Source: Macrostomum lignano
Lineage: Eukaryota
Length of the DNA: 64,000 nucleotides
NCBI GenBank assembly: GCA_002269645.1
Contig: NIVC01000025.1
Coordinates: 544,417-608,416, forward strand
Direction: 5' to 3'
The translations under genes and the position numbers were made by a program. Positions 24,586-57,042 of this stretch are shown in pieces. The notes beneath the pieces were generated by a model. That model was not told the origin of the DNA. It did no database searches and saw nothing but the letters and a program-made list of their open reading frames with translations. Numbering within the stretch: the first letter of the stretch is position 1; each line of letters starts with the position of its first letter.

Positions 24586-26200
24586 TGCTCACTCATAAAG
24601 ACACTATGGGTGCTCACTCATCAAGACACTATGGGTGCTCACTCATAAAGACACTATGGGTGTTCACTCATCAAGACACTATGGGTGCTCACTCATCAAG
24701 ACACTGTGGGTGCTCACTTATCAAAGCACTATGGGTGCTCACTCATCAAGACACTGTGGGTGCTCACTTATCAAAGCACTATGGGTGCTCACTCATCAAG
24801 ACACTATGGGTGCTCACTCATCAAGACACTGTGGGTGCTCACTTATCAAAGCACTATGGGTGCTCACTCATCAAGATACTATGGGTGCTCACTCATCAAG
24901 ATACTATGGGTGCTCACTCATCAAGACACTATGGATGCTCACTCATCAAGACACTATGGGTGCTCACTCATCAAGACACTGAGTGCTCACTCATCAAGAC
25001 ACTGTGGGTGCTCACTTATCAAAGCACTATGGGTGCTCACTCATCAAGATACTATGGGTGCTCACTCATCAAGATACTATGGGTGCTCACTCATCAAGAC
25101 ACTATGGATGCTCACTCATCAAGACACTATGGGTGCTCACTCATCAAGACACTATGGGTGCTCACTCATCAAGACACTATGGGTGCTCACTCATCAAGAC
25201 ACTATGGATGCTCACTCATCAAGACACTATGGGTGCTCACTCATCAAGACACTACATGTATGGGTGCTCACTCATCAAGACACTATGGGTGCTCACTCAT
25301 CAAGACACTACGGGTGCTCACTCATCAAGACACTATGGGTGCTCACTCATCAAGACACTATGGGTGCTCACTCATCAAGACACTGTGGGTGCTCACTTAT
25401 CAAAGCACTATGGGTGCTCACTCATCAAGATACTATGGGTGCTCACTCATCAAGATACTATGGGTGCTCACTCATCAAGATACTATGGGTGCTCACTCAT
25501 CAAGATACTATGGGTGCTCACTCATCAAGACACTATGGATGCTCACTCATCAAGACACTATGGGTGCTCACTCATCAAGACACTATGGGTGCTCACTCAT
25601 CAAGACACTATGGGTGCTCACTCATCAAGACACTATGGATGCTCACTCATCAAGACACTATGGGTGCTCACTCATCAAGACACTACATGTATGGGTGCTC
25701 ACTCATCAAGACACTGAGTGCTCACTCATCAAGACACCATGGGTGCTCACTCATCAAGATACTATGGGTGCTCACTCATCAAGATACTATGGGTGCTCAC
25801 TCATCAAGACACTATGGGTGCTCACTCATCAAGACACTATGGGTGCTCACTCATCAAGATACTATGGGTGCTCACTCATCAAGACACTACGGGTGCTCAC
25901 TCATCAAGACACTATGGGTGCTCACTCATCAAGACACCATGGGTGCTCACTCATCAAGACACTACGGGTGCTCACTCATCAAGACACTACGGGTGCTCAC
26001 TCATCAAGACACTATGGGTGCTCACTCATCAAGACACTACGGGTGCTCACTCATCAAGACACTACGGGTGCTCACTCATCAAGACACTATGGGTGCTCAC
26101 TCATCAAGACACTACGGGTGCTCACTCATCAAGACACTACGGGTGCTCACTCATCAAGACACTACGGGTGCTCACTCATCAAGACACTACGGGTGCTCAC
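24586..26200. repeat. 25-bp intergenic minisatellite (atgggtgctcactcatcaagacact)
   Basis: About 64 units; yields stop-free ORFs in all three + frames with a 25-aa period. Confidence 0.97.
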
Positions 26201-26508
26201 TTTAAGACACAAGGCATAAGAGTAGCTCGTATTTACCTGATAATCTTTCAAAAAGATTTTCTAATGACAAAGTGCTGGCTCCTATCGCTCTGTTTTCAAA
26301 TTATCTGAGAACTCGGCTGCCAACTGTACGCACTACGGCTAAAGTTTGATAAGAGAGCCAGCCAGTAAGACTCTTATTAGGAATGTCAATGCAGTGACAC
26401 TTTGTGCTCAATCTTATTCTCAGGAGCGTCGCTTAAGCTTGGAAGCAACAATCGCCTCTGCGAAGATTGAGTCTGCATAGCAGTTGGGCAGACTCAACTC
26501 AGAAATTC

Positions 26509-46747
<20,239 letters not shown>

Positions 46748-47244
46748 AACTGTAACAGCCATGCTGGCTGACTGAGTACTGATTGGCGAACTAATTAACA
46801 TAATTTATGCAAATTATAAAATGAATAAAATTGAAACCAAAATGTCATCTCTTCTACTTAAAGTGTGAATTTTTGATTAATAAAGAAGTGTATTAGAAAT
46901 AATATACTAAATATAATATATTTCAGACAATCATTATGAAATTATTTCAGAAATATTTAATAATTTCGATAGAAAAACACAATCATATTAGCGAAAACTG
47001 GTTATTATAGACGAGCCTATTGTACCGATTGAACAGACTGGGTAGTAGAAGGACAGAACAGTTATGCTATCAAAAACATCGAAGAGCCATTGCTTTTTAG
47101 AAACACAATGCATAATATAATTACCTCAGCTAAGCAAAGTTTTATTAATTAAAAAGTAAACAAATTAAAACAAATAATTTCAGAATAATTATAATAGAAC
47201 CGAAAACCGCTTACTAAGAGAGACCGGACGTTACAAGTTTGTAC

Positions 47245-47675
47245 CGGACACTAAGATCGGACACTAGAGGATACCGGACACTAAAGGATACCGGACACTA
47301 GAGGATACCGGACACTAAAGGATACCGGACACTAAAGGATACCGGACACTAAAAGATACCGGACACTAGAGGATACCGGTCACTAGAGGATACCGGACAC
47401 TAGAGAATACCGGACACTAGAGGATACCGGACACTAGAGAATACCGGACACTAGAGGATACCGGACAATAGAGGATACCGGACACTAGAGAATACCGGAC
47501 ACTAGAGAATACCGGACACTAGAGAATACCGGACACTAAATGATACCGGACACTAGAGAATACCGGACACTAGAGGATACCGGACACTAAAGGAAACCGG
47601 ACACTAAAGGAAACCGGAAACTAGAGGATAACGGACACTAGAGGATACCGGACACTAGAGGATACCGGACACTAG
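47245..47675. repeat. 17-bp minisatellite (ataccggacactagagg) between the convergent GH31 and BLMH 3' ends
   Basis: Direct reading. Confidence 0.93.
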
Positions 47676-47789
47676 AAGAGAAGACCCTAGAAAATGGGAC
47701 AACAAAAATCAAATTTAGAAAACAAGTTAGTAAAAAAGTGTTTAAACCCCAGTCGGCTGCCCTTAGCAACAGACCGCTGAGTTGGAGTT

Positions 47790-50408
47790 TCACTGGGCCA
47801 GAGCACCCATGGGGTCCCAGGCGGGCAGCACGATGGGATCCTGTTCCAGCACGGCTCGCATCTTGTCGGTAAGGCGGGCCTTGTCGATGGCCACCTCGTA
47901 GACGTATTCGTCGAACCAGGCGTCCGTGACCGTCAGATAGCCTTTCAGTCCGTAATCCTGGCTCCAGGAGTTCTCAACTCGCCATTTGCCCGGGCTGCCG
48001 GCGGCGGGGTCAGGCGGGGTCACACCTGCGGAGAACAGGTATTGAGAGAACAGGTTCTCAATCAATATTTCATATGAGAAAACAGGTTCTCAATCAATAT
48101 CTCACATGAGAGAACAGGTTCTCAATCAATCTCACATGAGAGAACAGGTTCTCAATCAATATCTCACATGAGAGAACAGGTTCTCAATCAATCTCACATG
48201 AGAGAACAGGTTCTCAATCAATATCTCACATAAGAGAGCAGGTCCTCAATCAATATCTCACATAAGAGAACAGGTTCCCCTGCATCAAATATCTCAAATG
48301 AGAGAACAGGTTCTCAATCAAATCTCACATGAGAGAACAGGTTCCCCATCAACCTAATTCCCCCCAGGCCTTACCAGTCAGCAGCATAGCGTGAGTCATA
48401 AGCGAGTCCCCATAGAGCAGGCGCTCCTTCTTATCCATAGTGTTGAGCTGCAGCCCGCACAGCAGGTCAAGCCTGTGCAGATTGGGGTCAGCCAGACCGG
48501 CCGTCCTGCTGTGACCTTTGCTCACGTGCGACCCGAACCATACAGGCAGTCGATCGCGTAAAGCATCGGTTGCTAGGCGACGCAGTTCCTCTGATGGCAG
48601 ATTAACGTAGAGCACCCGTCTGGCGCCCTGCATATTGTTGAGCATGTCCACCGTCATTAGGCGATAGTAGGGATTGCGCGGATCGTTGACCAGGCATACC
48701 TGTTGCGGTTGAGTTTAGTTGAGGGGTGAGTAATCATATTGTCTCTGTAATAGCAGGTCAGATATGCTGAATTTAAACTGTGATGTAGCACAAATGTGTA
48801 AATAAGGACCATAGAATATTACTGGTAGGTAAGCCTTAGATCACCGATTCTAGATCAGACTCTAGATCATAGACTCTAGATCACGGACTCTAGATAATGG
48901 ACTCTAGATCATAGACTCTAGATCATGGACTCTAGATCATAGACTCTAGATCAGACTCTAGATCATGGACTCGAGATCATAGACTCTAGATCATAGACTC
49001 TAGATCATAGACTCTAGATCATGGACTCTAGATCATGGACTCTAGATCATAGACTCTAGATCATGGACTCTAGATCATGGACTCTAGATCATAGACTCTA
49101 GATCATAGACTCTAGATCATAGACTCTAGATCATAGACTCTAGATCATGGACTCTAGATCATGGACTCTAGATCAGACACTATAGATCACGGACTCTAGA
49201 TCATAGACTCTAGATCACGGACTCTAGATCATGGACTCTAGATTATGAGCTCTAAATCTTGAGCTCTAGATCGTGGACTCTCTAGATCATGGACTCTAGA
49301 TCATTGACAATAGATCACGAGCTCTAGATCACAGACTCTAAATCACGGCCTCTAGATCTTGAGCTCTAGATCTTGAGCTCTAGATCGTGGACTCTCTAGA
49401 TCATGGACTCTAGATCATTGACAATAGATCACGAGCTCTAGATCACAGACTCTAAATCACGGCCTCTAGATCTTGAGCTCTAGATCACGGACTCTAGATC
49501 TCAGACTCTAAATCACGGACTCTAGATCATGGACTCAAGATAATGAGCTCTAGATCATGGACTCAAGATAATGAGCTCTAGATCATGGACTCAAGATAAT
49601 GAGCTCTAGATCATGGACTCAAGATAATGAGCTCTAGATCATGGACTCAAGATAATGAGCTCTAGATCATGGACTCAAGATAATGAGCTCTAGATCATGG
49701 ACTCAAGATAATGAGCTCTAGATCACGGACTCAAGATAATGAGCTATAGATCACGGACTCAAGATAATGAGCTTTAGATCACAGACTCTAGATCATGAGC
49801 TCTAGATCATGGACTCAAGATAATGAGCTCTAGATCACGGACTCAAGATAATGAGCTATAGATCACGGACTCAAGATCACGAGCTCTAGATCACAGACTC
49901 TAGATCACGAGCTCTAGATCACAGACTCTAGAGCATGAACAATAGAAATCTGACATTAGAAAAGACTGCAGAACAGTCACCGAGGAATGAATGGATTTCA
50001 GACAACAGGTCTCACCTGAGCGCCAAGGTCAACCAGCGGTTTTACGTGCTCCTGATAGAACTGCAGTGGAGTCACGGGCCCGATGCGGCGATACTTGTTG
50101 CCACCGGCTGCGGCGTCGGCCTCGGCGGTGGCGCCTCCGGCAGAAGCCGCCGTGGCCGCGTACTCGAAGGTGAACTTGGCCGGCGGGCGGCCGATGGCGG
50201 CGCAGCAGAAGCGGAACAGCTCGGGCAGCAGGTCGGAGTCGATGTAAGCGCGAATCTGGTCGGCTGTCTGGCCGGCAGCGTGCAGATCCCGGATGCGCTT
50301 GGCGCTCTGCCGGTGCCAGGTGTTCAACCAGAAATTGAACTGCAGCGTCTCCTGCGAGACCAGCGGCTCAGTCCAGCACTGCTTGGGCACGACGCCGTGC
50401 TTCTCAAC
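47790..50408 (-). CDS. BLMH: Bleomycin hydrolase (peptidase C1B), last three exons; the 5' half with the catalytic Cys is not in the window
   Basis: Exons 50408-50016, 48699-48375, 48025-47790. Motifs VEKHGVVPK, LVNDPRNPY, PVWFG, SLMTHAM (His), WRVENSW (Asn), C-terminal LPAWDPMGALA. Confidence 0.92.
48050..48345. repeat. About 30-bp minisatellite (gagaacaggttctcaatcaatatctcacat), BLMH intron
   Basis: Direct reading. Confidence 0.9.
48840..49935. repeat. 14-bp minisatellite (actctagatcatgg) with 28-bp higher-order units, BLMH intron
   Basis: Direct reading. Confidence 0.93.
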
Positions 50409-50469
50409 CTGGGATTTATGATTGGATAATTATCCCATTATTACCTACCACGTACCACAAATATTTAAA

Positions 50470-51375
50470 AACCCTATCGAAATCTCACAAATACCCCTCA
50501 ATGATATTAAAATCCCAAAAATATCCCGAAATCCCATTGAAATCCAACAAACATCCCAAAACCGATGGAAATCACACAAAAATCCTAAAATACCATTGAA
50601 ATCCCACAAATATCCCATAATCCCAGTGAAATCAGACAAATATCCCAAAATCCTATTGAAATCCCACAAATACCCCAAGATCCCATTGAAATCCCACAAA
50701 TATTCCAAAGTGCCGCTGAAATCCCTAAAATATCCCATAACCCCATTGAAATCCCACAAATATCCCAAACTGCCATTGAAATCCCACAAATATCCCAAAA
50801 TCCCATTGAAATCTCACAAACATCCCGAAATCCGATTGAAATCCCACAAATATTCCAAAAACCCATTGAAATCCCCAAAACATCTCCAAATCCCATTGAA
50901 ATCCCACAAATTACCCCAAGATGCCATTGAAATCCTAAAATATCCGAAAATCCTATTGAATCCTACAAATATCCTAAAATGCCATTGAAATCTCACAAAT
51001 ATCACCAAACCCTATTGAAATCCAACAAATATCCCTAAATGCTATTAAAATCCCAAAAATACCCCAAAATGTCATTGAAATCCCACAAACATCCCAAAAT
51101 GCCATTGAAATCCTACAAACATCCAAAAATCCCATTGAAATCCCACAAATATCCCAAAATACCATTGAAATTCCAGAAACATCCCAAAATCCCATTGAAA
51201 TCCCACAAATATCCCAAAATGCCATAGAAATCCCACAAATATCCCAAAATCCCATTGAAATCCCACAAATATCCCAAAATGCCATAGAAATCCCACAAAT
51301 ATCCCAAAATGCCATTGAAATCCCACAAATATCCCAAAATGCCATAGAAATCCCACAAATATCCCAAAATCCCAC
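50470..51375. repeat. 30-bp minisatellite (cccattgaaatcccacaaatatcccaaaat), truncated at the Polinton left end
   Basis: Direct reading; the array stops mid-unit at tcccac|AGTAGT. Confidence 0.93.
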
Positions 51376-52666
51376 AGTAGTATAGGAAAAGTAGGTTTGA
51401 GCGCAACCCATTTTGAAAAATCACAAAAAACAGATAAAAATCGACTAAAAACAGGTGAAAATTGTCTGAAAACAGTGATTTTAGTGATTTTTCAAAAGTT
51501 TCGAAAAATTGCTTTTTGCGCGATTTCGTGAGTAAAACCACAAGAAATTTTTGATTCGTGGGTTAAAATAACCTATTTTCAGGTTTCATCATTTCAAAAC
51601 TAGCATCAAATTTAATAATAGTCTTTTCTCCCATTGCATAACGCCCTTCAATAAGCCAATCTTACTAGCTTTGCTTTTAACGATCAGTCAGCTACCATCT
51701 ATGCATAAAAATTGTCCACTCGAGGCATACAATGCTTTTACAAAAGTCAATAATTTGCTCCTGCACATTCGCTTTGTCCCGAGGCTTTGAAATGGCTTTA
51801 ATGCTGTTCTAGATTTGTACTTAAAGATAATAGAAGACATTCAAGAACATGGAGCGCTAATTTAAATTTTTCGTGGCATGCATACTCGACTACTAGAGCA
51901 CTAACCGCAGCACTCAACATTTCTATTGGCTGCCAAAATTTCTGCCAAAACCAAAATTTTTGCCAAAATTTCTGCCAAAAAGTGTTTGGTTTTGGCATCC
52001 AATAGGAGTGGCTCGTGCAAATCTTTTGTGTTCACCCTCTATCTAGCTGTAAAAAAAGACATGAAGTGGGCCACGCAAGTTACAAACGAACAATGCTCTC
52101 GCGACCCTACCTACGGACGATTTCACTAACCCTTTTCTAAATTATGTATCTTAAAAATGGAACAAATAGCAGGAGAAATTCTCCTCAAAGCAATTTTTAT
52201 ATTGTGACTCAGCTTTAACGTCGTGCGAAACCCACACTGAGTGAAGCGTATGGTCAAATAGGCTCTCGCAGGAACTCACCAAACTAACTATACATAACCG
52301 CAGCACTGAACATTTCTATTGGCTGCCAAAATTTCTGCCAAATCTTGCGACCAAAATTTCTGCCAAAAAAGTTTTGGTTTTGGCAACCAATAGGAGCGTC
52401 TCATGCTAGTCTATTGTGTTCACCCCCTTTCTAAAAAGACACGAAGCGCACCACGTTACAGAATCATGCAAGATAAGAGACTATACAATAGGCGAACCAC
52501 TAGAGTATAATGGAGAAGGTCTTTTTTGATACTATAAGCACCATATCCAACTTAGTAAAAGACAAATCTACCTTTCATAGAACAGGCAGGTGTAGCAGCA
52601 GGCTCTATTGCTACAGCAGTTAACGCAGCCTAAGTCTGTAGATTACTTAAATTTATTTTTATAAAA

Positions 52667-54025
52667 ATGGCCTTCAGTAAACCATTATTTCTAGGTTCTG
52701 CATTGGATATTCAGTCAGCTATAACAAAACTACCACCCATCTTCGCCACTGGAAAATATCCTGGCGAATTTCATATTCCAGGGTATTCTTTCACTGGCCC
52801 AGGTACAAATTTAGACAAGAGACTCAATCCAATTACAGACTGGCCTCGGTATGATAGTCTACCAATTAATCCAATTGATTGGACTGCTTACTATCATGAC
52901 AAAAGCTATAGAGATGCTGAAAAGACGTCTTCAACTCCAGAGGAAGCCCTAGCAAAGAAGCATATTGCTGATGAAAAAATGATAGCTGATTTAGATGCTA
53001 TTCCAACCAGCGACTTGTCGGTAAAGGAGAGACTCATTAGAAATCTAGTAAAGCGTATTATCAATGCTAAAGTTCGGTTTGGATTAGGAATTCATACTCA
53101 CAACCCCAACAATTGTATAGACTGTCTAACAATTTATGGTAAGGGTCTTAGCTATGAAGATGCAGTAAAATTGCATAGGGAATACAGAAAGCCAAGAGTA
53201 TTTAGAAAAATGATTCACTATGCAAAAGACACAATTTGGCATGCAGATATCATTATCCTACCGCCCGAAAGAGGTTACAAATATGCTCTCACTATCATAG
53301 ATGGTTTTACACGTTACGCCTGGGCAGTTCCTTTGAAAACAAAGACGGGAGCGGAAGTTGCAGAAGCTTTCCAAAAAGTATTTAAGGAATCAGGAAGACG
53401 ATCAGAGAGACTTTGTGTAGATGAAGGCAAGGAGTTTTATAATCAGCATATGTACAAGCTATACTCGTTTTCAAAAGACAACATTAGAAAGAAGGATGAA
53501 AGGGGTGAATATATTAACAAGATGTTTTCAATTTATGGCGAGTCCAAGAATGCAATGATTGAGAGGTTCAATCGTACTCTCACAAATAAACTCTGGTTTG
53601 AATTTGATCTACAGGGTAATCAGAAGTGGCTCCACACATTGCCAGCTATTGTTGAAAAATACAACAACACAATCCATTCTGAGATTCTGATAACTCCTTC
53701 AGAAGCATCTAAACATCCTGAGCGAGTACCAAAGCCAACTTTCGAGTATTCAAATGAGAAACCAAACTTCAAAGTAGGTGACAAAGTTCATATCTATAGA
53801 TATAAGGAGCACTTTGAAAAGGGTCGAAGAGGATATTGGAAAATTTCAGAAGTGTTTAGGATAAAGAAAATAGTTTACTCCAATCCCATAACCTACATTA
53901 TTGAGGATGAGAATGGAGAAGAAATCATTGGATCATTTTACAAATCCCAGCTTCTACCAGCAAATTTTTCAACTAAAAATGAGCGCCTATCGAACAAACT
54001 GCAAACGGGCGAAAGGTCAGATTGA
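52667..54025 (+). CDS. Fusion ORF: parvovirus VP1u-like phospholipase A2 (PLA2X) plus retroviral-type DDE integrase, 452 aa
   Basis: PGYSFTGPG (Ca loop) and D..AYYHDKSY (catalytic HD); integrase WHAD, LCVDEGKEF, MIERFNRTL; C-terminal FKVGDKV...PITY...GEEIIGSFY. Confidence 0.88.
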   Translation: MAFSKPLFLGSALDIQSAITKLPPIFATGKYPGEFHIPGYSFTGPGTNLDKRLNPITDWPRYDSLPINPIDWTAYYHDKSYRDAEKTSSTPEEALAKKHIADEKMIADLDAIPTSDLSVKERLIRNLVKRIINAKVRFGLGIHTHNPNNCIDCLTIYGKGLSYEDAVKLHREYRKPRVFRKMIHYAKDTIWHADIIILPPERGYKYALTIIDGFTRYAWAVPLKTKTGAEVAEAFQKVFKESGRRSERLCVDEGKEFYNQHMYKLYSFSKDNIRKKDERGEYINKMFSIYGESKNAMIERFNRTLTNKLWFEFDLQGNQKWLHTLPAIVEKYNNTIHSEILITPSEASKHPERVPKPTFEYSNEKPNFKVGDKVHIYRYKEHFEKGRRGYWKISEVFRIKKIVYSNPITYIIEDENGEEIIGSFYKSQLLPANFSTKNERLSNKLQTGERSD

Positions 54026-54400
54026 AACGTCTGATTCACAACTACTAGCTGATAAAGAGGGTGAAGGAATTGGTGATATGATCAGTGGTGTCACAAACTT
54101 TTTATCAAATCATGGAAGTAAAATTGTGAGTGGAGCTGATGCAATAGGTAAAACAGCTACCACAGCGAAGAACATATTCGATGCGAAGAAATCATACAGT
54201 GACATGTCTAAAGCAGGTGAGGAACTGGAATATATTAAAAAGAAACGTAGAGAAAAGAAGCAAAGAAAAGAATGGAAGAAGAGCAACAGATAGCTTCTCA
54301 ATCAAATAAGGCTATTCAAGATATTGTTAAAAAGGCTCTAGGAACAGCAGAACAGTCTCAAGTGTCTTTGAGACAAGGCAATGGTTTGAAGAAATTCTGA
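53979..54400 (+). CDS. Putative virion core/membrane-active protein; one frameshift at about 54270
   Basis: ATG 53979. EGEG followed by amphipathic IGDMISGVTNFLSNHG and a Lys-rich stretch. The second frame MEEEQQIASQ...QGNGLKKF* joins by a single-base correction. Confidence 0.55.
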
Positions 54401-54408
54401 CCTTAAAA

Positions 54409-54861
54409 ATGAGCGAGAAAAACACTGAAGCAAGACTCAATCGATATGTTCGAGAGGGAAAACCAAGATATGTTACTGTAAATAAGCAAAAGCAATATCT
54501 TTCTAAAGAGAAGATTCGAGAATTGCAAGAGAAACAGAAAGAACATGAAGGTGGAATAATTCCTCTATTAGGCTTACTACCAGCAATATTGGGTGGTATC
54601 GGAGCAGCCTCCGGAGTTGGTACAATGATTGCAAAAAGTGTTAATACAGCCAACAATGCTAAGCATAATAAGACAATAGAAAGCATTGAACGACAAAAAC
54701 TAGAAGAGTTGAAAAAGGCTCAAGGGAGTGGAGTGTTAGTTGATGCGGCTAAAAGAGTCGAACAAGTACCCAGCGAAGCAGTCAAGTGGCTGCTAAAGAC
54801 TTTTAAAGTTGAAAAGGAGAAACAGGGTAATGGGATAATTCTTAGACCTCACGAAGCTTAG
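54409..54861 (+). CDS. Putative virion core protein with an adenovirus pX-like hydrophobic motif, 150 aa
   Basis: HEGG-IIPLLGLLPAILGGIGAASGVG resembles the adenovirus pX segment MRGG-ILPLLIPLIAAAIGA; further QGSG and QGNG motifs. Confidence 0.6.
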   Translation: MSEKNTEARLNRYVREGKPRYVTVNKQKQYLSKEKIRELQEKQKEHEGGIIPLLGLLPAILGGIGAASGVGTMIAKSVNTANNAKHNKTIESIERQKLEELKKAQGSGVLVDAAKRVEQVPSEAVKWLLKTFKVEKEKQGNGIILRPHEA

Positions 54862-54881
54862 TTGAAATTTCTCGTATAAAA

Positions 54882-56247
54882 ATGGAGAACAAAAAGGATA
54901 TACTGAACCTATATGAGGACAAAACTTTTAGCTTTTTCAAAAAGAAAGAAGACTATATTAAGATTTCTCCAACACCAGGTAGCACTAATAATCTCAATGT
55001 TGCAGGAGGTCAAATAGTTCATGAAGTCAATTCAACAGAGTCATACATTCTCATGTCAGAGGCATTCGGTTGTATAAAATACTCAATAACACAAAGAGAT
55101 AAACACCGACTTGAATACGAACATTACTCTAGAACATAATTGGCCTATGAGACTTTTCTCTCAACTCATAGTTGACATTGGAGGAACAAAGAAAGTCTAT
55201 AATGATCCTGGAGAGTATGACACAATCTTAAAGTCCGTAATGTACTCAAAATTGATGAATGAAGTTGGAGAAGCATACGGATGGATTCCAGACACTGGAG
55301 ATGCTGGGACTGTTTCTGATATAGCTCTAGCAAACAACGCAGATGCTGAAGCTGTGAGAACTGCAGCAATCGCTATGAAAAATAGACTCAATAAGAAGGA
55401 TTCGAATACTGGATACATTAGGAGGCTTGAAAATTATAACAATGTCACTAATGCTCCAAACAGAGGTGGAACAATCAAACTATCATTAACACCCCTCATT
55501 GGGTTCCTTGATTGGCAGAAGATTAGCAAAGGAATTAAATATAAATTCACATGGACAAGAAAGACTAACGATGCTGAAATTTTCTTTGGAGCTGCCGGGA
55601 CGGAAGCTAAGTTAACTATTAATAGCTTTGAGATTTGGATCCCTGCTATTAGTTTGTCACCCAGTGCTGAAGCAGCTTTTCTAAAATCACTCAACAAGGA
55701 CATTACAGTATCATTTCCAGAGAGGGTAACGGTTCCGCCACAACTCATTCAAGGAAGTCCATATACATGGAACATAGCCAACATCTCCAATATGCCACTT
55801 GCAATCTTTGTAGCTTTCAAATATGACGTAAACAACCCATCATATATAGTTAATGATCACAAGTATGTGTCTTACAAAACTGGAGCAAATGCAGTGAAAA
55901 TAACCCAGCTTCAAGTCAGATTAAATCAGGTGATGTATCCGAATGATTATGTTGAAATTGATCCAGTAGCTCAAGACATTCACAGAGCATATGAAATGTA
56001 CGAGGACATCTGCAGCCGTTTCGGTGTAACTCCACCATTTAATAAACAAGACTTTCTAACAATCTATCCAATATTCTGCTTTGATCTAACAGCTCAGGAT
56101 GAGTTTCTTGTCAAGAGTGGAGTGAATATTCAATTATTTATCAAGAAGTCAACTAATGTTGAGCTGACTGCTTTTGCACTAATTCTTGAACAAACAAAGA
56201 ATGTAATAAAAGTTACCAGTGAATATCAAATGACCCGCGTCGAATAA
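54882..56247 (+). CDS. Major capsid protein (double jelly-roll, Polinton PY/hexon-like), about 454 aa after correcting a +1 frameshift at about 55102
   Basis: ORFs 54882..55139 and 55111..56247 join on removing one A (gataaacacc). Motifs ITLEHNW...LFSQ, LIGFL, FEIWIP, LAIFVAF, LQVRLNQVMYP, YPIFCFDLT; size and position fit. Fold assigned by motif recall, not computed. Confidence 0.75.
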
Positions 56248-56268
56248 GGTCATTTTTTCTTTTTTTAA

Positions 56269-57040
56269 ATGCCCAAAGTAAAATTTCGGCATGATCCTAT
56301 TTTCCCTAATCCTCTTTTATGTTGTATTATCGGCGCTACAAATACGGGTAAAACATATTTACTATTCCATATTCTTACAAGTCCTGAAAAACTAGTTGAC
56401 TTTAATGAGTTAGTTTTATATGTTCCCAGAGCATCTCAAATGGATCCAGAGTATCAGTTTCTAAAATGGCTTTGAAAATGGTCTCCCACCTTCTCTTATC
56501 AACTCACTCTATCATGTCTACCAGGTGAGTGAGGATGCATCTCCTGAAGATATTAGACATATTTGTCGAGAGGCAGCCAACCCTGGTCGAGTGCAAAGCA
56601 CATCAGAAAATTCAGAAGTAATAGAGAAAATTCCTGTCACTCTTTCCCATACTCCAAATGAAGAAATTTTTCATAATGGACTAAAGACATGTGTGATATT
56701 GGACGATGTTTTGGGAGAGGCTAATCAAACATTTCAGGAAAGTCTGTTTCAGAGAGGCAGGCATGGAAACTGTTGTGGTTTTTATCTAGCTCAAAATTTT
56801 ACCAAACTAGATCGCAATACTGTCAGGGAGAATACGACATGTTACATAATCTTTAAACAAAAAGATACAAACTTAAATCACATTGCTAGAAATATAGAAA
56901 CGAATTATGAACCCGCTATATTCAAGGCTAAATGTAGAGAGGCTTGGAAAAAGAAGTATGGCTATATCTATATAAATACAAGAGCTGATGAGGATGAGCA
57001 AGATTTGTATAAGGATGTTCTAACTAAAATCCCATTGTAA
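56269..57040 (+). CDS. FtsK/A32-like genome-packaging ATPase, about 256 aa after correcting a +1 frameshift at about 56465
   Basis: Walker A GATNTGKT, Walker B CVILDD, FQRGRH, LAQNF...RENT; frames join as cta aat ggc ttt gaa. Confidence 0.85.
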
Positions 57041-57042
57041 AA

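Noticed and set aside
24606-26308. Very long ORFs (537 and 506 aa) suggesting a repetitive protein
   Set aside because: They arise from a stop-free 25-bp minisatellite open in all three frames; there is no unique coding sequence.
56521-56530. Splice donor caggtgagt that might repair the ATPase frameshift
   Set aside because: It lies downstream of the premature stop (56473-56475), and a one-base correction at about 56465 gives a continuous plausible protein.
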